Assembly (NCBI GenBank): GCA_017303475.1
Contig: JAFLBO010000014.1
Coordinates: forward strand, 76,782 to 140,781
Reading direction: 5' to 3'
DNA length: 64,000 nt
DNA from: Chitinophagales bacterium
GTDB taxonomy: Bacteria; Bacteroidota; Bacteroidia; Chitinophagales; Saprospiraceae
Part shown: piece after piece, positions 46,697 through 56,551 of the stretch
Layout: the number at the start of each line of letters is the position of its first letter
Position numbering within the stretch: the stretch's first letter is position 1
Made by a program: the position numbers and the translations under genes
The notes under the pieces: generated by a model
The model's database searches: none
What the model saw: only the letters and a program-made list of their open reading frames with translations
What the model was told of the DNA's origin: nothing

Positions 46697-47383
46697 TCAA
46701 AGCAAATCCACTCGATAAATCACCAACCTCCGCCGCTGGTACCGGAGCAATCCTCGTTTTTCCAATTTTTGCAGCAGAATGGTAACCTGTTGCCTTGAAG
46801 TAGCGGTCATATCGCCGATTAAAGCCTGCGACAATGGAATTTTTATCTCAATATCACCTGTGGCAAGCTTCCGCGAATCGTACTGTGCCATTTCTTTCAA
46901 AAAAGTCCGAAGCCGTTGCTCAGTCCGATTGAATCGGTAATTGAGCATCCTTTCCTCTGCTCTTCGCAATCGGGCCAGCACCAATCGACTGAACTCCCAA
47001 CAAAATGCTGCATTCTCGCAGACAATCGAACGGATCACATATAGCCGTAGCGAAAGCACGAGGCTGTCATCAATAGTTGTAGCACAGTATCCATAGCGAC
47101 CTGGGTTATCCAATAAGTGTTCGCCTATGATTTCCCCATCGCGCATTAGGCACACGGCTACTTGCTTGTCATCATCTTCCGTTTTGGTTATTTTTAACCT
47201 GCCCGAAATTAGAATATGAAGAAAAACGCTTTCCTCGTGTTCGTCAAATAAAACGTGAAACTTGGGCAATGACTGCACCTTCGCAGATTGGAGAAGGGTG
47301 CTTTGCTCCAGTGGAGTAAGGTAATGCCACAAGCCCCACAATTGGGCAATTTCAGACGATGAGCGCTCTATCATATACTCCAA
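46697..47383 (-). CDS. Crp/Fnr-family transcriptional regulator
   Basis: cNMP-binding-like N-terminal barrel (FLHILISGRLKITK...GEIIGE) and C-terminal HTH SQALIGDMTATSRQQVTILLQKLEKRGLL. Confidence 0.8.
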   Translation of the reverse strand: MEYMIERSSSEIAQLWGLWHYLTPLEQSTLLQSAKVQSLPKFHVLFDEHEESVFLHILISGRLKITKTEDDDKQVAVCLMRDGEIIGEHLLDNPGRYGYCATTIDDSLVLSLRLYVIRSIVCENAAFCWEFSRLVLARLRRAEERMLNYRFNRTEQRLRTFLKEMAQYDSRKLATGDIEIKIPLSQALIGDMTATSRQQVTILLQKLEKRGLLRYQRRRLVIYRVDLL

Positions 47384-47471
47384 AACTTACAACAGCGATG
47401 GCCCCCTCCTTTTCCATTAGGGAACAGCCGTTTTAGACCATGTAAAACCTGTTTTTGGAATTCAGTCTGTA

Positions 47472-48554
47472 CTATTCAGGTTTAGTATAAGCCTGATTCG
47501 TCAAAAAATCGGTGTCCGTCAATGTTTTCAAAAACGCAATCAAATCTGCTTTGTCTTGTGCGGTTTTTTGAAGCCCTCCTGGCTGTAGATTGTATTGAAG
47601 GATAAACTCAACAGTTGCGGAGTTCTTTACACCATGATCGTAATGGTCAATCACTTCCTCCAAGGTGGCAAAACGCCCGTCGTGCATATAGGGTGGGGTC
47701 AGGGCGATGTTGCGCAGGCTCGGGACTTTGAACCTGCCCCGGTCAGCCGGGTCATTGGTCACTTTTTTGCGGCCTTCATCGGTCATGCTCGCGTCTGTAT
47801 CAAGGCCATTGTTCATAAATTCGTCATTCGTAAAGTTGTGCCCAGCATGGCAGTGGAAGCATTCTGCACCTTTTGTACTGCCAAATGGATCATATTCAGT
47901 GAAAAACAACACTCGACCACGTTCCTCTTCTGCTGTCAGTGTTGCTGTACCTCTCAAATACTGGTCATACTTCGAATTATAGGAAACCACGGAGAACATG
48001 AACTGCTCCAAGGCCAGGCTCACCCGTTCTGATGTTACGTTTATATCGCCAAAAGCACGGATGAACTGGTCCGTATATTTTTTATCTGCTGATAGTTTCG
48101 CCACCACATTCGGCAGCGTCTCATTCATTTCGAGCGGATTCTGAATAGGCCCAAGCGCTTGATCTCGCACATGAGGGGCTCGGCCATCCCAGAACAAGCC
48201 ATTTTGGTGCCAGGCCAAATTCATAACTGCCATTGCCTGGCGGTCGCCGGGCAGTTTTTCCACCCCAATGCTGAATTGCCTGATATCGGAAAAAGCGTCC
48301 GCTTGTTTGTGGCAATCAGCACAGGCTTGGGAACCGTCTTTCGAGAGCCTTTTTTCATAAAAAAGCATACGGCCTAATTGCACACCTGCTATCGTGAGTT
48401 TGTTGTCAGCTGGCAGGTCTGGCGTAGGGAAGTCGCCAATTTTTAGGTCGTATGGCGTGGGATCATAAGTAGCGGGTGGTTCGATAGGCTCTTTCGGGTC
48501 GCAAGCGGCAAAGAGGCAGGAAATTGCAAAAAAGACGAATAATATTTTTTTCAT
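47472..48554 (-). CDS. Di-haem cytochrome c peroxidase (CCP/MauG/MbnH family) lipoprotein
   Basis: Lipobox LFAAC. Two haem c motifs, CADCH and CFHCH. FKVPSLRNIALTPPYMHDGRFATLEEVIDHY. Confidence 0.85.
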   Translation of the reverse strand: MKKILFVFFAISCLFAACDPKEPIEPPATYDPTPYDLKIGDFPTPDLPADNKLTIAGVQLGRMLFYEKRLSKDGSQACADCHKQADAFSDIRQFSIGVEKLPGDRQAMAVMNLAWHQNGLFWDGRAPHVRDQALGPIQNPLEMNETLPNVVAKLSADKKYTDQFIRAFGDINVTSERVSLALEQFMFSVVSYNSKYDQYLRGTATLTAEEERGRVLFFTEYDPFGSTKGAECFHCHAGHNFTNDEFMNNGLDTDASMTDEGRKKVTNDPADRGRFKVPSLRNIALTPPYMHDGRFATLEEVIDHYDHGVKNSATVEFILQYNLQPGGLQKTAQDKADLIAFLKTLTDTDFLTNQAYTKPE

Positions 48555-48599
48555 AATCGAGTGATTATCATGTCAAAAATTGAAAAAAGGTAGGACAGT

Positions 48600-49673
48600 T
48601 CAGTTTCTGAATTCAGGGTTGGTAATAAATTTTTGGTCGGTCAGGCTATGCAAAAAGGCAAGCAAATCTGCCCGTTCCTGCGCAGTCAAACTGAACGGTT
48701 TGAGCAAGGGGCTTTTGTTCGGGTGCGACTTTCCCCCCGTTTGGTAATGTTCAATCACCGTCTCCAAAGTCGGCAAACTGCCATCGTGCATATAGGGTGC
48801 GGTTATAGCAACGTTGCGCAGGCTTGGCACTTTGAATACACCACGATCACTTTCCAATCCAGTCAACCGGATACGACCTGAATCGGGATAAACCTCATAA
48901 AGGCCGTTGTTTGTAAAGTCTTGATTGGTAAAAAGGAAACCGCCGTGACATTTCGAGCAGTTCAATCTTTCGCTTTGGAACAATTCAAGGCCGCGTTTTT
49001 CTGCGGCTGACAAAGCACTGTTTTTTGCTTGAAATGCGTATTGGTCATATGGAGAATCTCCGCTCAACAACGTCCGTTCAAAAGCTGCAATGGAACGCGT
49101 GATGACAAAGGCATCCAGCTCTCGTTCGTAGGCTTTTTTTGCCATTAGGACATATTCCGGCATTTTTTGTAAACGTTCGGCTACAAGCAAAATGTTGAAA
49201 TCAAATTCATTATGCTCTTGAATGGGCACAAGGATTTGCATTTCTAAAGTAGGTACGCCGCCCTCGCGCAGGAGTTTCTTTTGATAAGCTACATTGGCTA
49301 AGGTCGGTGCATTACGTGTGCCTGCCCGGTTATCAATCCCCAAACTCACTGCCGTACTGTCTGAAAAAGCAAGGTGTGGAGCATGACAAGAACCGCAGGA
49401 ACGGGTACTATCTGCCGAGAGCGCCGGATCGTAAAACAGCCGTTTTCCTAAGGCTATCCGGCTCTTGGTCAAAACGTTGTCTGCGGGAATATCCGGCGAA
49501 TAAAAACCCGCCGGAACGTGCAACACATACTCATCTGTCTCCAGCGGTATGACGGCTGGTTGATCTTCCTTTTGGCAGCGAGCCAAGAATAAGATCAGTA
49601 ACGAGCAAAAGGAGATAAAACGGCGCATTGCTGGTAGTGCAAGTGGTGCCACAACGTTAATTCGTGGCACCAC
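48600..49673 (-). CDS. Di-haem cytochrome c peroxidase (CCP/MauG/MbnH family) lipoprotein, paralogue
   Basis: Haem c motifs CGSCH and CSKCH. FKVPSLRNVAITAPYMHDGSLPTLETVIEHY. The track start at 49673 is GTG; an ATG at 49628 (MRRFISFCSLLILFLARC) is more likely. Confidence 0.85.
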   Translation of the reverse strand: MVPRINVVAPLALPAMRRFISFCSLLILFLARCQKEDQPAVIPLETDEYVLHVPAGFYSPDIPADNVLTKSRIALGKRLFYDPALSADSTRSCGSCHAPHLAFSDSTAVSLGIDNRAGTRNAPTLANVAYQKKLLREGGVPTLEMQILVPIQEHNEFDFNILLVAERLQKMPEYVLMAKKAYERELDAFVITRSIAAFERTLLSGDSPYDQYAFQAKNSALSAAEKRGLELFQSERLNCSKCHGGFLFTNQDFTNNGLYEVYPDSGRIRLTGLESDRGVFKVPSLRNVAITAPYMHDGSLPTLETVIEHYQTGGKSHPNKSPLLKPFSLTAQERADLLAFLHSLTDQKFITNPEFRN

Positions 49674-49685
49674 TATGAGAGCATA

Positions 49686-50684
49686 TTAATGTTTGACTAC
49701 CAACTGTTTACGCGCCAACAAATTACCATTTTCATAAAAAGCGTACTGATAGATGCCTTCTGGAAGTGTGGCGGTTTCTAAGCGTACTGAACCGTTAGCC
49801 GTCAGCCCAGTCAGGCTACGAACTGTTTGACCAAGTGTGTTAGTTAGTATCAGTGCGAGTCCGCTTGAAGCCGGAAGGGTGTATTCAATCATTGTCTCTA
49901 CATTGGCAGGGTTAGGGGATGCCTTAATATTGAGAGAGTTGGCTTCAACCTCATGCGTGGCAGATACCATAGGCAATACGACAAAATTCTGCGTGGCGGC
50001 ATTGTTCATCATATTGACGTTAGGTGCTGCGCTTCCGTGTTGGATAAGGTTGCCGGTCATTGCCATATTTTTGAACAGTTGAGCATAGTCTAATACAAAA
50101 TGAAGGTGTAACACCCCATTGGAGGCCTCTTCCATACCTGTCAGGTCTAAAGTCTTATAGAGTGCATCGCCGAGATTGTGAAACTCGAACGAGGTTTCAG
50201 GTATTCCGTCGCCGTTGTTGTCTACCTTACCCTCAATCGCCATGAATCGATAGCCTGCCGTCCAACCCCATTGCATTGAAGGGTTTTGCGGAGCAAGCGG
50301 ATGGTTGGCTGGATAGGAGGCTGGGTCGAGGTGGTTGACAGCCTGCGGAACACCAAGGTGCAGGGTCACGCCATGTGCTGCTTCGACTGGCCAGGCACCG
50401 AGATCAAATTCTGCCGTTGGATTTTTCGCATTCACCAACAGATACTGGTCAGTGAGTGGCATGACCATGCTATCTGGGTGGTGGATTTCCACTTCTGAGA
50501 TATAAAATTCAGCACGGGTTAGTTTTATTTTTTTGTTGTTCCAAATGCTGAAAACAGTCTCGTTAAGCACCAGAGGGTCGGACCCGACTTTGTGGTCAAA
50601 GGAGAACACGACTTGGTTGTTTTGTGAGAAGGCCGTCGCAGCAAAGGCGACAAAAAGCAGGAGTAGTGCGGATAAACGCTTCAT
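49686..50684 (-). CDS. MbnP-like protein fused to a T9SS sorting domain
   Basis: VVFSFDHKVGSDPLVLNETVFSIWNNKKIKLTRAEFYISEVEI and MQWGWTAGYRFMAIEGKVD fit my memory of MbnP-family motifs. C-terminus IKASPNPANVETMIEY...GIYQYAFYE. It lies directly upstream of the two MbnH-type peroxidases. Confidence 0.6.
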   Translation of the reverse strand: MKRLSALLLLFVAFAATAFSQNNQVVFSFDHKVGSDPLVLNETVFSIWNNKKIKLTRAEFYISEVEIHHPDSMVMPLTDQYLLVNAKNPTAEFDLGAWPVEAAHGVTLHLGVPQAVNHLDPASYPANHPLAPQNPSMQWGWTAGYRFMAIEGKVDNNGDGIPETSFEFHNLGDALYKTLDLTGMEEASNGVLHLHFVLDYAQLFKNMAMTGNLIQHGSAAPNVNMMNNAATQNFVVLPMVSATHEVEANSLNIKASPNPANVETMIEYTLPASSGLALILTNTLGQTVRSLTGLTANGSVRLETATLPEGIYQYAFYENGNLLARKQLVVKH

Positions 50685-50743
50685 GATGAAAAAATTAATT
50701 GATGAAAATTGTGTATTTTAACGGCTAAATGAATTTTGGCATA

Positions 50744-52924
50744 TTATTTTTCCAAAACAATCTTGCGGGTAGTCGAGAATGCTTTGCTGGAAATAGACAG
50801 CAGGTAAATACCATTGGGCAAGTCTCTCAGACTGAGTGATTGTGAATTGGAATTACCTTGGAAGTTGGCTAACTTTTCACCCAAAAGGTTTGTTAATTCA
50901 AGCGAAACTTCAGTGGAGGATTCAGGCAGTCGAACGAGCAAATTGCCTGAAGTTGGATTGGGCGATACTTGTACCTGAGCAGCCCAAGCCAATTCTTCCG
51001 TGTTAGACACTTCTCCAGGAACGATTTTTTTTAGCGTGTTTTGAGTACGGTTGGTGTACCAGATTTCTCCTTCAGGGCCTATTTTTATTCCAGTGATGCC
51101 TGCTTGACCGGTTGCAATGCGTCCCAATTCTGCAAAGCCATTTTCGATATCATAAACAATAATATCGCCATTAGCAAAGTCGCTCACCAATAGGCGGTTT
51201 CCGATGATTTCAATACCTGAAGGGCGACTGAGTCCTTGATTGATGATGACCTCCCAGGTGACATTGCCCATTTCTGAGTGCTCGGCAAGCGGCTCATTGA
51301 TCAGTGGCAAGGCATTCGCAACTGAGCCAGAATTGATGTTAAGGCGTAGTACACGGTCATTTCCATTGTCTACTACATAAAGCCAGCCACTGGTTTTATC
51401 CAATACCAAGTGGCTAGGCACAAATCCGTCTTTTTTCACAGGTATTTCCAAATAACGGCGCACAATGCCGTCAGCATGGTCATCATTTCCTGGGCCATGA
51501 TCCTTCCCGAAGTCATAGCGTACGATGGTTTCATTCCAGCCGTCGAATACCCAGAAAATATTGTCCGCCTCATGTGCAATACCCATGCTATATGGACTGC
51601 CGTGCAGCATATCAAGGTGGCTACCGTTGCCACCGGAGGGTTGGGCATATATGTTAGGGTCGCTTGACCATAACGCTGGACCTGTGAATGAGCCACCATT
51701 ATGATTGGCATCTTTGACACCTGGAGAGGTGGAAAAATTAAAATTGTCTTCGCTAAATGCAATCCCGGTAGGAAGCGACATGAAGTGCCAGGCATTTCCG
51801 TCCACCCGGTTCAGGAAAGTTTGACTGGGCTTACCAGCATCATAAATAGTGAGTGTACTGCCTCCCAAAGCTTCCGTGCGCTCATTGACGACCCAGAGTT
51901 CGTTCTTTGCCAGAATCGGGAAAAAATCCACATCGTTTGGCTTGCTAAGTTGATTGGCCGCAGTAGCTACCGTTGTGTAAATCGGAGCAGCTTGCAGAAA
52001 CTGGTCCACGATATTTGGCGGCACGATATCTGGGAAGATTTCAGTCTCGAACGATAGCACGTTGTTGCCAACATTTTCGTCGGCGATACCGTTAACTGAC
52101 ACAATGGAGACTTGAATATTGTGAATGCCTGCATCGATGGATGTCCAAGGAGTTGGGTGGTGGAACTCGTAATACGCGAAAGGTGCAATGCTCAAGCTGC
52201 TGACCACAGTGGCAACAGGAATGCCGCCGTCAACCATATAGGCAATCTCCAAGGATGTAATGGGAGTCACGCCATTGTTGAAAACCACACCGCTGACATG
52301 ATTTTCTACAATTTCTAATCCGTAAGGTTTAGCATGAAGATCTGTGAGTGCGGCATCAAGCGTAAAAGGAACTTCTATACTCACATTGTCAATGGCCATG
52401 CCGTATAGAAACCCTCCGTTATCATCATAATGGAATGCAACATAAACACTGTCTTTTCCGGCATAAGCGCTTAGGTCAACGAGATGTTGGTCCCAACCGC
52501 CGTGTCCGTGAAGCGTTGCCAATTCGGTCCAGTTCACTTTGTCGAGCGACACCTCAATAGTGCCACGCTCGGTGATGCCCTGATAATTACCCGCTCCAAA
52601 AAAGATATCTGCTTTCAGCACAGTCGATGTTACAGACGAAAGGTTGAGAGGAGGAGTGATGAGATAGTCCTTGCTCTTGTCGCAATTACATGCATCGTCA
52701 TTAGTGGCCACAGCACGCAGCGAACCATTGCTTGAAATGGTGAAATATTGACTGGAAAGGCCAGCAGGGGTGCCGATTTTCCAACCCCCATCGGTAGCCA
52801 AAGTACTGACCGACCAACCAGCCGGAAGACCGTTGGCTTCAAAATTCTCCTGATAAAGAACTTGCGCTGTCAACATACAGGCCCCACTAATTGTACAGAA
52901 AAAAGAAAGTAGAAAATACCTCAT
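50744..52924 (-). CDS. T9SS cargo: MAM/choice-of-anchor-J-like N-terminal domain + NHL-type beta-propeller
   Basis: YQENFEANGLPAGWSV...DGGWKIG. NHL-like repeats (WLYVVDNGNDRVLRL, RLLVSDFANGDIIVYD, EIWYTNRTQNTLKKI). C-terminus VQVSPNPTSGNLLVRL...GIYLLSISS. Confidence 0.6.
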   Translation of the reverse strand: MRYFLLSFFCTISGACMLTAQVLYQENFEANGLPAGWSVSTLATDGGWKIGTPAGLSSQYFTISSNGSLRAVATNDDACNCDKSKDYLITPPLNLSSVTSTVLKADIFFGAGNYQGITERGTIEVSLDKVNWTELATLHGHGGWDQHLVDLSAYAGKDSVYVAFHYDDNGGFLYGMAIDNVSIEVPFTLDAALTDLHAKPYGLEIVENHVSGVVFNNGVTPITSLEIAYMVDGGIPVATVVSSLSIAPFAYYEFHHPTPWTSIDAGIHNIQVSIVSVNGIADENVGNNVLSFETEIFPDIVPPNIVDQFLQAAPIYTTVATAANQLSKPNDVDFFPILAKNELWVVNERTEALGGSTLTIYDAGKPSQTFLNRVDGNAWHFMSLPTGIAFSEDNFNFSTSPGVKDANHNGGSFTGPALWSSDPNIYAQPSGGNGSHLDMLHGSPYSMGIAHEADNIFWVFDGWNETIVRYDFGKDHGPGNDDHADGIVRRYLEIPVKKDGFVPSHLVLDKTSGWLYVVDNGNDRVLRLNINSGSVANALPLINEPLAEHSEMGNVTWEVIINQGLSRPSGIEIIGNRLLVSDFANGDIIVYDIENGFAELGRIATGQAGITGIKIGPEGEIWYTNRTQNTLKKIVPGEVSNTEELAWAAQVQVSPNPTSGNLLVRLPESSTEVSLELTNLLGEKLANFQGNSNSQSLSLRDLPNGIYLLSISSKAFSTTRKIVLEK

Positions 52925-52956
52925 TGTAATATTGTTAAGTGACGAAAATTGATTTC

Positions 52957-52992
52957 AAAAAGGGGACGGCCCGCGTGCGGTGAGCCGCCCCC
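52957..52992 (-). terminator. Rho-independent terminator after the anti-sigma-like gene
   Basis: Minus strand reads GGGGGCGGC TCACCGCACGCGG GCCGTCCCC TTTTT. This is a 9-bp GC-rich stem (one G-U pair) followed by a T-tract, 38 nt downstream of the stop at 53030. Confidence 0.7.
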
Positions 52993-53029
52993 AGCCTATG
53001 AAAAAACTACCTTTGGGTAGTGAATTCCG

Positions 53030-54352
53030 TTAAAAAAGCAAGTTCATACCTGCCTGGATTCCTAAAAGGTCAGGTGTGATGCCACTCGGTTTTTTCCACG
53101 ACCGCTGATAAAAACCTTCCAAAGACAAGTCGAAGCGTGGGGAAAGCGGTATTACGACCCCTGCACTCAGGCCAAGGATATTCTTCATCCGCGTCCGGGT
53201 TGTGACCTCAAGAGTTTCTTTCTGAACGGTTCCGGTCGGTTCGTGCTGGATTTCGTATTCGATGGTGAATGGCAGAAGCGTTTGACCACCCCAGCCTAAA
53301 CCAAGGAAAGGGCGGGGCTTGCCTGGCTGAGCAAAAGTGTAGCGTAAACCGAGACTGAATTCATGGATTTTTTGCCCAGTCACGTCCATTTCCGTGAGGT
53401 GATGCTCCATGGATGGGAGCATGGGAAAATCCGGCGATCCCAAAATAGCTTCGGGCGTGTGAGCTTTGTAGTGCAACTGCCCCTTTCCAACGTTCGCCAT
53501 CACGCTCCAATGCCGCGAGAGCCCTATTTCGCCGTGTAAGTTGTACAAAAAACCACCTTCATGCATCAATCCCGTACTGTTGGCATACAACCAGCCGAGG
53601 TTCAATCCGACTTTGAAAAACTTAGGGCGAAGTGCATCCGTAAGCTTTTTGGAAAATGGTTTAGTTGGTATCTTTTCTTTTATGGGGAGTGCAAGGCTTT
53701 CTGGAGAGTGAAGTGCCGATTTTGAAGTATCTGGCAAGGTTAAGGCAGAGTGCTCCGCCAGAGCCAAATCAGCACCCTCCAAGATTGAATCTGACTCCGC
53801 CTGGGATTGCTTATCCAAGGAAATTATGTTGGAAGTCTTTTCTGAATATGAATGGGTTTTATCAGCAGATTCGTTGTCTAGCATGGGGAGGAAAGTCGTT
53901 ATGTACGATACTTGAAAGCTATCTTCTTGACTTGTCTTTGATACGGCTAACCTACTTTTTTCATTGCGAGCAGATTGCGCATACCCTACTTCATTTGGAC
54001 GAACGTAAACTGTCTGCCAAAGTGTATCATGTACCACTTTATATTGTAGCGCACCCGATCCCCCTCCTAACGCCGTAATGGATGCTTTCAAATCTAACAT
54101 CTGTACCTCCAGCCGAGTTAACGAAGCCTGATCGGTGCGGCTTGACTGCCACCACATTGCATTGCTTGATAGCAAAGCCGTTATAAGCAGCAGGGGTATT
54201 ACAATTGACCGCCTTTTTCCTTGCGGCTGTTGTGGCAGCGCAGCATTCAGACGCTCACCGAGAGAAGCCCAGTCGTCATCACGATGTTTTTCGGAAGGCC
54301 GCAATGCGGCCATTTTGTCCTTTAATAGGTCAAAAAAATTCTTGTCTGCCAT
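53030..54352 (-). CDS. Anti-sigma-like membrane protein with a C-terminal beta-barrel-like domain
   Basis: It starts 5 nt after the ECF sigma gene. Single TM segment SIVIPLLLITALLSS. C-terminal alternating beta pattern ending ...GIQAGMNLLF. Confidence 0.5.
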   Translation of the reverse strand: MADKNFFDLLKDKMAALRPSEKHRDDDWASLGERLNAALPQQPQGKRRSIVIPLLLITALLSSNAMWWQSSRTDQASLTRLEVQMLDLKASITALGGGSGALQYKVVHDTLWQTVYVRPNEVGYAQSARNEKSRLAVSKTSQEDSFQVSYITTFLPMLDNESADKTHSYSEKTSNIISLDKQSQAESDSILEGADLALAEHSALTLPDTSKSALHSPESLALPIKEKIPTKPFSKKLTDALRPKFFKVGLNLGWLYANSTGLMHEGGFLYNLHGEIGLSRHWSVMANVGKGQLHYKAHTPEAILGSPDFPMLPSMEHHLTEMDVTGQKIHEFSLGLRYTFAQPGKPRPFLGLGWGGQTLLPFTIEYEIQHEPTGTVQKETLEVTTRTRMKNILGLSAGVVIPLSPRFDLSLEGFYQRSWKKPSGITPDLLGIQAGMNLLF

Positions 54353-54357
54353 CTTTT

Positions 54358-54903
54358 TCAGTTGCCGTGTATTAATTCTATGGTCATCATTTGTTTAAGC
54401 TTAGCACGTGCTTTCGAGAGGTTCGACTTGGATGCACCGACCGAAATGCGGAGCATTTCTGCAATTTCGGAGTGTGTATGGCCTTCAAGTGCAAAAAGAC
54501 TTAGAGTCATTCTATAGGCTGGAGGAAGCTTTTGGATCAGGATTATCATATCTTCCGCAGCCATTTTGGACAGATAGTCATCTTCCACACTTAGATTCAA
54601 CTCTTCGGTCATGTCATGTATCACTATGTCCTTCAGGTGCTTATGATAATGGTTGATGGCTGTTCGAACTACGATAATGCGCAACCATGTCGTGAATGAG
54701 AGGTTCTCATTGTAGTTACCGATGCTGGTAAAAACTTTGAGGAAAGCATCATTCAAGACTTCGCGGGCTTCCGTTTCGAGGCTACAATAAGTTAACGCCA
54801 CGGACAGGGCATAACCGTAATAGCGGTCATACAGTGCTTTTTGACTTAGCCGGTCATTGTTCCGGCAGCCAGCCACGATATGCTTTAACCCTTCGTCTTT
54901 CAC
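54358..54903 (-). CDS. ECF-type RNA polymerase sigma-70 family factor
   Basis: Region 2 LYDRYYGYALSVALTYC...FLKVF. Region 4 EGHTHSEIAEMLRISVGASKSNLSKARAKLKQ. GTG start at 54903. Confidence 0.85.
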   Translation of the reverse strand: MKDEGLKHIVAGCRNNDRLSQKALYDRYYGYALSVALTYCSLETEAREVLNDAFLKVFTSIGNYNENLSFTTWLRIIVVRTAINHYHKHLKDIVIHDMTEELNLSVEDDYLSKMAAEDMIILIQKLPPAYRMTLSLFALEGHTHSEIAEMLRISVGASKSNLSKARAKLKQMMTIELIHGN

Positions 54904-55768
54904 CTTTGATTATCAATTCAGGAAAATTGACTTAGAGGTTGCCTGGCAGGGTGATTTTTTTTGAGGCTTCATATTTTCTTTTTGACCCATTGGGCTTCTA
55001 TGCTTGAGGCAGACAGGTGAAGCGTCTTTTGAAATTTTTTGAGTATAATGCAGAATGCAAAACCGCCACCTGGGTAGCAGAGGAACTCAGAGCAAGCTGT
55101 CAGGTTAGAGTTCGTGTACAGTTTTAAACTGGCACGGGATCGAATCGAGGTTGACCAGTTCGGCTCGTACAATGATTACTTCTGAGTAGTAAGCCATACT
55201 GTTCAAACTTGGCTTTTCAAAAATTCTTTAGCGCTTCAAGTAGATTTGGAGTTATTAACAGACTTCTTTGGATGAAAAAAAGTGTTCGCGAGTTGTGAAC
55301 AGGCTAAGGCATGATCTCATAATGCCGCCGCCTCCCCCTCCGAGTTATTTCTCCCCCTTCTTCTGTCATTTTGAATGCATTCCCCCTACAGGCTTAATAT
55401 GCATGGTATAGGAGCTAACTGTTCATGTTTTTAAGTGGGACCGATATGCATTAGCAATAAGGTATGCCACTCTTATAGCAATGATATCTCATTAAGTATG
55501 CGCTCTTCACTTCATTTCGTGCCGGATAACAAATGCTTCCAGGAATCATGGACGCAGGTCTGAAAGTAATGTGCGGAGCCTTCAGCACAGATGCTATGTT
55601 GTTAAATCCGTATGACCTGCGAAATTTTGCGGTGAAAGTTGGTAAGCAATAATGAACCTTGGATTCCCACAAATCAAGGCTGTATGAATTGAAAACCACC
55701 CAGTTGTACTTGAGACATAAACAACTGGATGGTTTTTGTATTGTAATTATTTTGATGTGTATAAGTGA

Positions 55769-56107
55769 TCAAACAAAGGTTCGAGACGAAACGCGATTGC
55801 CTTCGGATTCTTCCAACATACCTATAGTGGATAAGTCTGTCAGTACGATGTGTACGCTTAACATATGGTCTGTTATGACCAATTGGAACACCCAGACATT
55901 GGTAACCTCATCTATACCAACTGGCGGCAACTCATTGATGTCAGCGTCAAACGCTTCGGCAAATTGATGCACATCCAAGTCTTGAATGTAACGACCTGAC
56001 ACGATGTGATCTCTCCAATGGTGGCAAGCATCAAGTAGGCTATTTGCGGTTTGCTGGCTGATATAAGTGCCACCTTGATAGTCTGTGATAAAAGTGAAGG
56101 TTTTCAT
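55769..56107 (-). CDS. Hypothetical 112-aa acidic protein
   Basis: Probable start ATG 56107 (MKTFTFITDYQGGTYISQQTANSLLDACHHW...), 1 nt after the stop of the upstream ORF. The track ORF extends to 56257 in overlap. Confidence 0.45.
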   Translation of the reverse strand: MKTFTFITDYQGGTYISQQTANSLLDACHHWRDHIVSGRYIQDLDVHQFAEAFDADINELPPVGIDEVTNVWVFQLVITDHMLSVHIVLTDLSTIGMLEESEGNRVSSRTFV

Positions 56108-56108
56108 A

Positions 56109-56534
56109 TCAATTCCCTTTGTGTTTTTGAGAGTGATTCTCGCCGGTAAAATCTTTCTTCTTTCGTAAACGCTCCAGTTGCTTCCGGAGTTTCTCGATGA
56201 ATTTCTTGTCGTCTGGTGTTTTGTTCGGTTTCCGGTTCCAGTTTTGAAATTCTTCACGGATCTTTTCGTACTCCTGATTGGCTTTATCTCTGGCCTTCTG
56301 GTTTACATGCGGTTCATTGCGACCGCTACTCTTATCCATTCTTATGCGACCGGTCTCGGCATCGTTTGGTCGAGTTGTGTAATAATAGGAAGCCGTGAAT
56401 GTCGATCCAATGACTAAGGAAAACAGTAGGAGCAACCGACCGATAGGGAACTGTTTTGCAGAAGCGTTCGGATGTGGTGTCGTGAAGGTACTCATAAGTA
56501 AAGGTATTTTCAAGTAGCAAATATAGGGTCTCAT
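56109..56534 (-). CDS. Hypothetical protein with one TM segment and a Lys/Arg/Glu-rich tail
   Basis: TM segment FPIGRLLLLFSLVIGSTFTASYYY, then KARDKANQEYEKIREEFQNWNRKPNKTPDDKKFIEKLRKQLERLRKKKDFTGENHSQKHKGN. Confidence 0.45.
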   Translation of the reverse strand: MRPYICYLKIPLLMSTFTTPHPNASAKQFPIGRLLLLFSLVIGSTFTASYYYTTRPNDAETGRIRMDKSSGRNEPHVNQKARDKANQEYEKIREEFQNWNRKPNKTPDDKKFIEKLRKQLERLRKKKDFTGENHSQKHKGN

Positions 56535-56551
56535 ACCGAAAAATGAGAAGC

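Noticed and set aside
54950-55768. Search for an integrase remnant or a direct repeat of the tRNA-Pro 3' end to define att sites.
   Set aside because: I saw no HxLRH/tyrosine-recombinase-like translation in any frame. Only a trivial 9-nt resemblance (ccaggaatc versus ccaggattc) turned up. The evidence is not sufficient, and this needs a computed alignment.
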